DNA from: Macrostomum lignano
Lineage: Eukaryota
NCBI GenBank assembly: GCA_002269645.1
Contig: NIVC01000424.1
Span: 186,001-250,000 of the forward strand
Direction of reading: 5' to 3'
DNA length: 64,000 bases
The position numbers and the translations under genes are program-made. Positions 58,836-64,000 of the stretch are shown one piece after another. Each line of letters starts with the position of its first letter. The first letter of the stretch is position 1. The notes under the pieces are model-generated. The model saw only the letters and a program-made list of their open reading frames with translations, was not told the DNA's origin and searched no databases.

Positions 58836-61800
58836 TTATACAAAAGAATCTTGCAGCAGTCCTGTGGACACCGAAGGTAGCAGCAGCTTCCGTCCGCCGC
58901 TGGTCTCGGACTCGTCGCGCAGAATTCCGCCAATTTGTTCGTTCAATTCCGATTGCGAGCTGGGCTGTAGCAGGGTGCAGCGATGCTTCTCCAGCATTAC
59001 CAATCGTTGAAGTAATCTGACTTGCTGATTAACACCTGTGTGTAAATTAGATGGGAATTCAGGATGATTTCATCAGATTGCTCAAATTTGACAAAATAAC
59101 GGAAGTCATGGATATACTACATGTAGGAATCCCCTGAAAATTGGAAAATTACTAGCAATATGCACCCCCCCCCCCTTGGGAGACAACAAAGTAACCTACC
59201 TACCCACATATATACATACAGACAACTCATTTTTAGTATATGGACTAGCAATCTGCGCCCCTCCTTGGGAGACAACAAAGGAACCTACCTACCCACATAT
59301 ATACATACAGACAACTCATTTTTAGTATATGGACTAGCAATCTGCGCCCCTCCTTGGGAGACAACAAAGGAACCTACCTACCCACATACATACGCTCGTA
59401 CATTCAGACAACTTATTTTTAGTATATGGACTAGCAATCTGCGCCCCCCCTTGGGAGACAACAAAGGAACCTACCTACCCACATATATACATACAGACAA
59501 CTCATTTTTAGTATATGGACAAGCAATCTGCGCCCCTCCTTGGGAGACAACAAAGGAACCTACCTACCCACATATATACATACAGACAACTCATTTTTAG
59601 TATATGGACTAGCAATCTGCGCCCCTCCTTGGGAGACAACAAAGGAACCTACCTACCCACATACATACGCTCGTACATTCAGACAACTTATTTTTAGTAT
59701 ATGGACTAGCAATCTGCGCCCCCCCCCCTGGGAGACAACAAAGGAACCTACCTACCCACATACATCATACCGACAACTCACAGACAACGATTATAAATTT
59801 TTTTGAATTATCAACTACCTGTACGTTTTCATCTTGTACAGACGTCACTATTGTTTATCTCTTAAAGCACGGGTCGGCAAACTTTTTTTACCTTAAGTGC
59901 CAGATAAAGAATCCAGATCATTGCTGCGGGCCAGATGAGAAAGGAAGAATAGAGGAGGGAGTTAAGAGGCGAGATGAGAGAAGAGATGAGATAGAAGATA
60001 ATAGAAATACATGTAAGAGAGCAGAGGAGAGTAGAAACGGGAGAGGACAGATGAGAAGACAAAAACCTTGAGCGGGCTGGATTGCTATTGTGAAGTTTCA
60101 AAGGACCCGAGGACCGGATAGAGAGGCTTCGCGGGCTGTAGTTTGCCGACCCATGTCTTAGGAAAAGTATGGTAAACGCAAAAAGCATGCAACCTGAAAG
60201 CCAGTTATCTATAATAGCCTTATAAAAGAGTCCTGTGGACACCGGGTCCTTTGAAATATATTGAAATTTGAAATATATCAGCTATATAGGAAATATAGCA
60301 TCCCATTGAGCTTCCGCTCAAAGCATCTTCAGCAATACCCCATGAGCCTTAACATATTAGCATATTAGCACCCCCCCCCCCATGAATCTTTTATAGTTGA
60401 CAGGGCGATTCTTTTACAATTGAAGCCCCGAGCCGAAACATAGTCCCAGTTTTTCAGTTCTTTTTTTAGAATGCCGTACTTAGATAACGGAAGTTACTTT
60501 TTGATAAGTCTGGTACCTCCGGTACTTCAAAATGAAAATTTTGGAGCCAAGCTCCCAATTTAGCACACCATATTTTTCCCAAAAGCGCAAAAATTTCACC
60601 AAAATACAATTATACCATAATAAAAAAGAGATGATAGATCCTGTTTCTTTTTACTTTTAAAGTTAAGCACGTTTTCATTTTTTAAATTAGAAAGGATCAG
60701 TAACGGATGTTATATATACTTCTTTTTAAAGTACCGGTACATACCAGGTAACAAGTGCCAGGAAATTTGTGGGTTGACAATTTGTTTTAGCTACTGAGAC
60801 AAGAACAGGAAACGTTGATTAGAAATTTTTGCAGGCAGATTTTTAAGTGAGAAAAATGTACTACTCTCTGATAAAGCGTTTCAAAAATTTCTATTTTTCG
60901 GCAGAAAGGTACGAGTATAGCAAGCTCACTGGTTAAGGCATCTTTCTAGCGCCGAAGTATACCCCGGATCAAATTCTGATTCACAGGCTCACACATTTGA
61001 GAAATTTAGAAAGTTTGTATATTGAATCAAAGTTCATTTTTGGAAGAAAGCTTTCTTTTTTATTTGGCGGCAGAGGGGCTGTGTGTGCACCCTGGCGCAC
61101 TTTAAGCGACATTGTCACAACCGGCGAGAGGCATTACTGCCCATTCCGCCAACTCCCTTGAGCAGGCACACAAGCGAGCGGATACGTACGCAGTCATACG
61201 CACAGGCACACACTCACACAGGAGTGTACAGCGGCCCTAAACTTTATTTATCGTTAGGCATGTACACTTCAGTGTGCCTTGGGGGTTGCAGTGGCGGATC
61301 TAGAATTTTATTTGGGGGGGGGGTGAGTTTGGGGCGCCAACATGAGTATGAGGGGCGCCAATTTTTAAGCTAGGGGCGCAAAAATGCGTGTAGGGGGCGA
61401 AAAATCAAGTTTACAGGGCGCAAACTAAGGTTTTTTTGGGGGGCGGCCGCCCCCCGCTCCCATCCCCTAAATCCGCCCCTGGAGGTTGGCCCTCAAGGCC
61501 GTTAATTGCACGAGCAGAGCCAAGCTGAGATTCCAATTTAGCCCCAAATTAATGTGACTGCGCATGCGCACAATTTGGAGTCACATTACAAGCTCGAAAA
61601 GTTACATCGTCAAAAACTGATTTAGCAACCACCATCACAAGCTCGAAAAGTCACATTGTCGAAAACTGATTTAGCAACCACCACCACAAGCTCGAAAAGT
61701 CACATTGGCGAAAACTGATTTAGCAACCACCATCACAAGCTCGAAAAGTCACATTGTCGAAAACTGATTTAGCAACCACCACCACAAGCTCGAAAAGTCA

Positions 61801-64000
61801 CATTGTCGAAAACTGATTTAGCAACCACCATCACAAGCTCGAAAAGTCACATTGTCGAAAACTGATTTAGCAACCACCACCACAAGCTCGAAAAGTCACA
61901 TTGTCGAAAACTGATTTAGCAACCACCATCACAAGCTCGAAAAGTCACATTGTCGAAAACTGATTTAGCAACCACCATCACAAGCTCGAAAAGTCACATT
62001 GTCGAAAACTGATTTAGCAACCACCATCACAAGCTCGAAAAGTCACATTGTCGAAAACTGATTTAGCAACCACCACCACAAGCTCGAAAAGTCACATTGT
62101 CGAAAACTGATTTAGCAACCACCACCACAAGCTCGAAAAGTCACATTGTCGAAAACTGATTTAGCAACCACCACCACAAGCTCGAAAAGTCACATTGTCG
62201 AAAACTGATTTAGCAACCACCATCACAAGCTCGAAAAGTCACATTGTCGAAAACTGATTTAGCAACCACCACCACAAGCTCGAAAAGTCACATTGTCGAA
62301 AACTGATTTAGCAACCACCACCACAAGCTCGAAAAGTCACATTGTCGAAAACTGATTTAGCAACCACCACCACAAGCTCGAAAAGTCACATTGTCGAAAA
62401 CTGATTTAGCAACCACCATCACAAGCTCGAAAAGTCACATTGTCGAAAACTGATTTAGCAACCACCACCACAAGCTCGAAAAGTCACATTGTCGAAAACT
62501 GATTTAGCAACCACCACCACAAGCTCGAAAAGTCACATTGTCGAAAACTGATTTAGCAACCACCATCACAAGCTCGAAAAGTCACATTGTCGAAAACTGA
62601 TTTAGCAACCACCATCACAAGCTCGAAAAGTCACATTGTCGAAAACTGATTTAGCAACCACCACCACAAGCTCGAAAAGTCACATTGTCGAAAACTGATT
62701 TAGCAACCACCACCACAAGCTCGAAAAGTCACATTGTCGAAAACTGATTTAGCAACCACCATCACAAGCTCGAAAAGTCACATTGTCGAAAACTGATTTA
62801 GCAACCACCACCACAAGCTCGAAAAGTCACATTGTCGAAAACTGATTTAGCAACCACCACCACAAGCTCGAAAAGTCACATTGTCGAAAACTGATTTAGC
62901 AACCACCATCACAAGCTCGAAAAGTCACATTGTCGAAAACTGATTTAGCAACCACCACCACAAGCTCGAAAAGTCACATTGTCGAAAACTGATTTAGCAA
63001 CCACCACCACAAGCTCGAAAAGTCACATTGTCGAAAACTGATTTAGCAACCACCACCACAAGCTCGAAAAGTCACATTGTCGAAAACTGATTTAGCAACC
63101 ACCACCACAAGCTCGAAAAGTCACATTGTCGAAAACTGATTTAGCAACCACCACCACAAGCTCGAAAAGTCACATTGTCGAAAACTGATTTAGCAACCAC
63201 CATCACAAGCTCGAAAAGTCACATTGTCGAAAACTGATTTAGCAACCACCACCACAAGCTCGAAAAGTCACATTGTCGAAAACTGATTTAGCAACCACCA
63301 CCACAAGCTCGAAAAGTCACATTGTCGAAAACTGATTTAGCAACCACCATCACAAGCTCGAAAAGTCACATTGTCGAAAACTGATTTAGCAACCACCACC
63401 ACAAGCTCGAAAAGTCACATTGTCGAAAACTGATTTAGCAACCACCATCACAAGCTCGAAAAGTCACATTGTCGAAAACTGATTTAGCAACCACCATCAC
63501 AAGCTCGAAAAGTCACATCGTCGAAAACTGATTTAGCAACCATCACAAGCTCGAAAAGTCACATCGTCGAAAACTGATTTAGCAACCATCACAAGCTCGA
63601 AAAGGGTTAGGGTTGGAGCTTGTGCCTTAAGGTTTAGGGTTTAGGGTTAGGGTTAGAGTCGTGCCTTTTCGAGCTTGTGGTGGTGGTTGCTAACCTTTTC
63701 GACGATGTGACTTTTCGAGCTTGTGATGGCGACCCCACTATTTGTGTCGAACGCAACGATTATACAATAATTGAATACAAATATGAGTCCATTACACTCC
63801 TTGATTATGCATACTCACCGTTCTCTTCGCTGTCGCTCATCGTCTCAGTCAGTCCGTCGTCCAAAATAAGAACTTTACTGGCGGAGGCTACTGTCGACTC
63901 GAATCTCTGAGCCGTTCCAGCTGACGTTGGCGCGCTACAGTCGAGCACAGCCAACTGGTAGCCTAGCGATGCCGCTTGACAGCGCAGCCGATCCCACCCA
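58836..64000 (-). CDS. 3' part of an unidentified gene: exon from window end to 63819, and terminal exon 59035-58836
   Basis: GWDRLRCQAASLGYQLAVLDC...SDSEEN G|GTGAGT (phase 1) joins CAG|GT GTT AAT..., giving GVNQQVRLLQRLVMLEKHRC...QDSFV*. Further exons in between are not excluded. Confidence 0.65.
59160..59775. repeat. 89-bp (variant about 98-bp) tandem repeat, about 7 copies
   Basis: GACAACAAAG recurs at 59271, 59360 and onward. Confidence 0.95.
59868..60155. mobile_element. hAT (Charlie-like) MITE, 288 bp
   Basis: TIRs CACGGGTCGGCAAAC / GTTTGCCGACCCATG; subterminal GCGGGCCAGAT and GCGGGCTGTAG typical of Charlie MITEs; partial 8-bp TSD TCTTAAAG / TCTTAGGA. Confidence 0.8.
60918..60980 (+). 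pseudogene. Degenerate tRNA-derived sequence / SINE head
   Basis: A-box-like AGCTCACTGGTTAAGGCA (60923) and B-box-like GGATCAAATTC (60966) at tRNA spacing; no intact cloverleaf. Confidence 0.3.
61289..61481. mobile_element. PIF/Harbinger-like MITE, about 190 bp
   Basis: CAGTGGCGGATCTAG ... CTAAATCCGCCCCTG inverted ends with CWG termini; internal GGGGCGCMAA repeats. Confidence 0.65.
61569..63746. mobile_element. Foldback-like element: expanded 49-bp left arm, TTAGGG-rich centre, inverted about 1.5-unit right arm
   Basis: Left end CACAATTTGGAGTCACATTACAAGCTCGAAAAGT versus reverse-complemented right end CACAAATAGTGGGGTCGCCATCACAAGCTCGAAAAGT; no clear TSD. Confidence 0.6.
61588..63602. repeat. 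49-bp tandem array (ACAAGCTCGAAAAGTCACATTGTCGAAAACTGATTTAGCAACCACCAYC), about 41 copies
   Basis: Period verified (61686 to 61735); highly homogeneous. Confidence 0.99.

Noticed and set aside
58861-60244. CCTGTGGACACCG present twice
   Set aside because: Tens of 13-mer matches are expected by chance in 64 kb.
61588-63602. CRISPR-like appearance of regular arrays here and elsewhere
   Set aside because: Head-to-tail units without unique spacers, no cas genes, eukaryotic context.

Overview
This is eukaryotic (animal) nuclear DNA, not prokaryotic. GC-rich exons with polyQ/polyA tracts are separated by introns that each carry a different minisatellite. That style resembles the flatworm Macrostomum (inference, unverified). 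Genes built by hand from splice signals and reading phase: an intronless TXNDC16/ERp90-like ER protein (-, 5170-8076); an EML/EMAP gene (+, 12509-26685) with a 26-nt microexon and about 110 aa of propeller apparently missing; an intronless PAR/giant-type bZIP factor (-, 29179-30303); virilizer/VIRMA (-, 13 exons, 32411-51457, about 2065 aa); MRPS25 (+, 54052-54952, with a 1-nt frameshift); MED28 (+, 55456-58433); and the 3' end of an unidentified gene (-, 58836 to window end). The last intron of that gene holds hAT- and Harbinger-like MITEs and a foldback-like element. The most striking unexplained signals are (i) a 16-bp minisatellite in EML intron 1 whose unit is a perfect heat-shock element, (ii) an exact 17-mer repeated four times beside VIRMA splice sites and stop codon, (iii) a foldback-like element with a 49-bp modular arm and a TTAGGG core, and (iv) bZIP binding sites upstream of the bZIP gene itself. 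Most long ORFs in the supplied track are translations of tandem repeats. No rRNA, CRISPR array or intact tRNA was seen. All homology calls come from remembered family sequences; no searches were run.
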